A stretch of DNA of 64,000 nucleotides from Pseudogymnoascus verrucosus (Eukaryota): assembly GCA_001662655.1 (NCBI GenBank), contig KV460231.1; one strand, 5' to 3'. Below, in pieces: positions 63,186-64,000 of this stretch. Under the pieces are notes generated by a model that was given only the letters and a program-made list of their open reading frames with translations, was not told the DNA's origin and did no database searches. The position numbers were made by a program, and so were the translations under genes. Within the stretch, counting starts at the first letter, position 1. Every line of letters begins with the position of its first letter.

Positions 63186-64000
63186 ATGGTGTCTCGTTCT
63201 CTGTTTACTGCCGGCGCTGCTGCCCTTTCTGTCTTTGCAACCGTTGATGCTACTTCATCGTACCTCAAGTACAGTACCGTACCTGGTTACTTCCTCCAGG
63301 ATATTGATTCCACGGCGACTGATGGATTTGATTATGTAAGACTATATATTGTTAAAGTGACTATACGCGGCAACTGACACATCCCAGACCGCGACAAACT
63401 TTGGCTTGATTGACCAATCCTATGACTCGGACGCGTCCTTTGATCCTGAGGGCACCAAGACCCAGTGGGAGCGTTTTGAGAACGAAGTTACCGCGTTGAA
63501 TATCGCCAGTAGCGCCGATGAGAGATATGCTGTTCTCTACCTCGGTCGCCATGGTGAGGGTTACCACAACGTTGCCGAGTCCAGCTATGGAACGCCGGCC
63601 TGGAACGTAAGTATGCCTATGTCGGTCCTTGACAAATGCTAATTTTATGCAGTGCTACTGGTCGGAGCTTGATGGCAACGGAACCTTCGTCTGGGCAGAC
63701 GCCAAGGTCACGCCGAATGGCATTGCTCAGGCCGAAAGGGCCCATGCCTTCTGGACCTCGCAGATTGCTTCCCAGAAGCAGTCTCTTCCAGAGAGCTTCT
63801 ACACCAGCCCCATGAGCCGCTGCCTCGAGACTGCCAAGCTCACTTTCGAGGGTCTCGTGGCCCCGTTCACGCCTCTCATCAAGGAGTACCTCCGCGAGGG
63901 CATCTCGATGCACACCTGCGATCGCCGCAGCACCAGGAGCTACATTGCCTCCAACTACCCAGGATGGCCATTCGACGCCGGCTTCACCGAGAAGGATGAG
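63186..64000 (+). CDS. Secreted histidine phosphatase / phosphoglycerate mutase family protein (Pmu1-like); 3' truncated by the window
   Basis: Signal peptide MVSRSLFTAGAAALSVFATVDA, GYFLQD, LYLGRHGEGYHN (RHG motif), FYTSPMSRCLET and HTCDRRS. Two introns. Confidence 0.88.

Noticed and set aside
1..64000. tRNA, rRNA or intact transposon genes
   Set aside because: No cloverleaf or T-loop context, rRNA motif, or transposase/RT/integrase ORF was recognised by eye. A tRNAscan or Rfam run would be needed to exclude small RNAs.

Overview
A gene-dense, intron-containing window from a filamentous ascomycete. Introns are short GT-AG type with CTRAC/CTAAT-like branch points. Leotiomycete/Pseudogymnoascus-like origin is my impression, not a demonstrated result. 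There are about 27 protein-coding loci. The first 34 kb are mostly conserved housekeeping genes: an FHIP/FAM160 homologue, a class 3 lipase, a peroxisomal CCP-like peroxidase, a QDE-1-type RNA-dependent RNA polymerase, DBP9, a Gre2-like reductase, CBP3, SRP72, a Nup82-like nucleoporin, CBC2, MRPL31, TRS20 and an Ecm15-like gene. The rest is a more accessory-looking region: an amino-acid permease, ATG17, a Zn2Cys6 transcription factor, a GH78 rhamnosidase with a sugar porter, an apparently secreted guanine deaminase, a phosphotransferase pseudogene and a secreted histidine phosphatase. The most unusual non-coding signal is a dispersed tandem-array family with a ~64-bp period, made of a conserved, imperfectly palindromic ~46-nt core and a more variable ~18-nt linker. 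It occurs twice in the same orientation about 52 kb apart: 6 units downstream of the RdRP gene and 4 units fused to a decayed kinase-like pseudogene. I saw no tRNA, rRNA, intact transposase or cas genes. Coordinates of spliced genes were inferred by eye.
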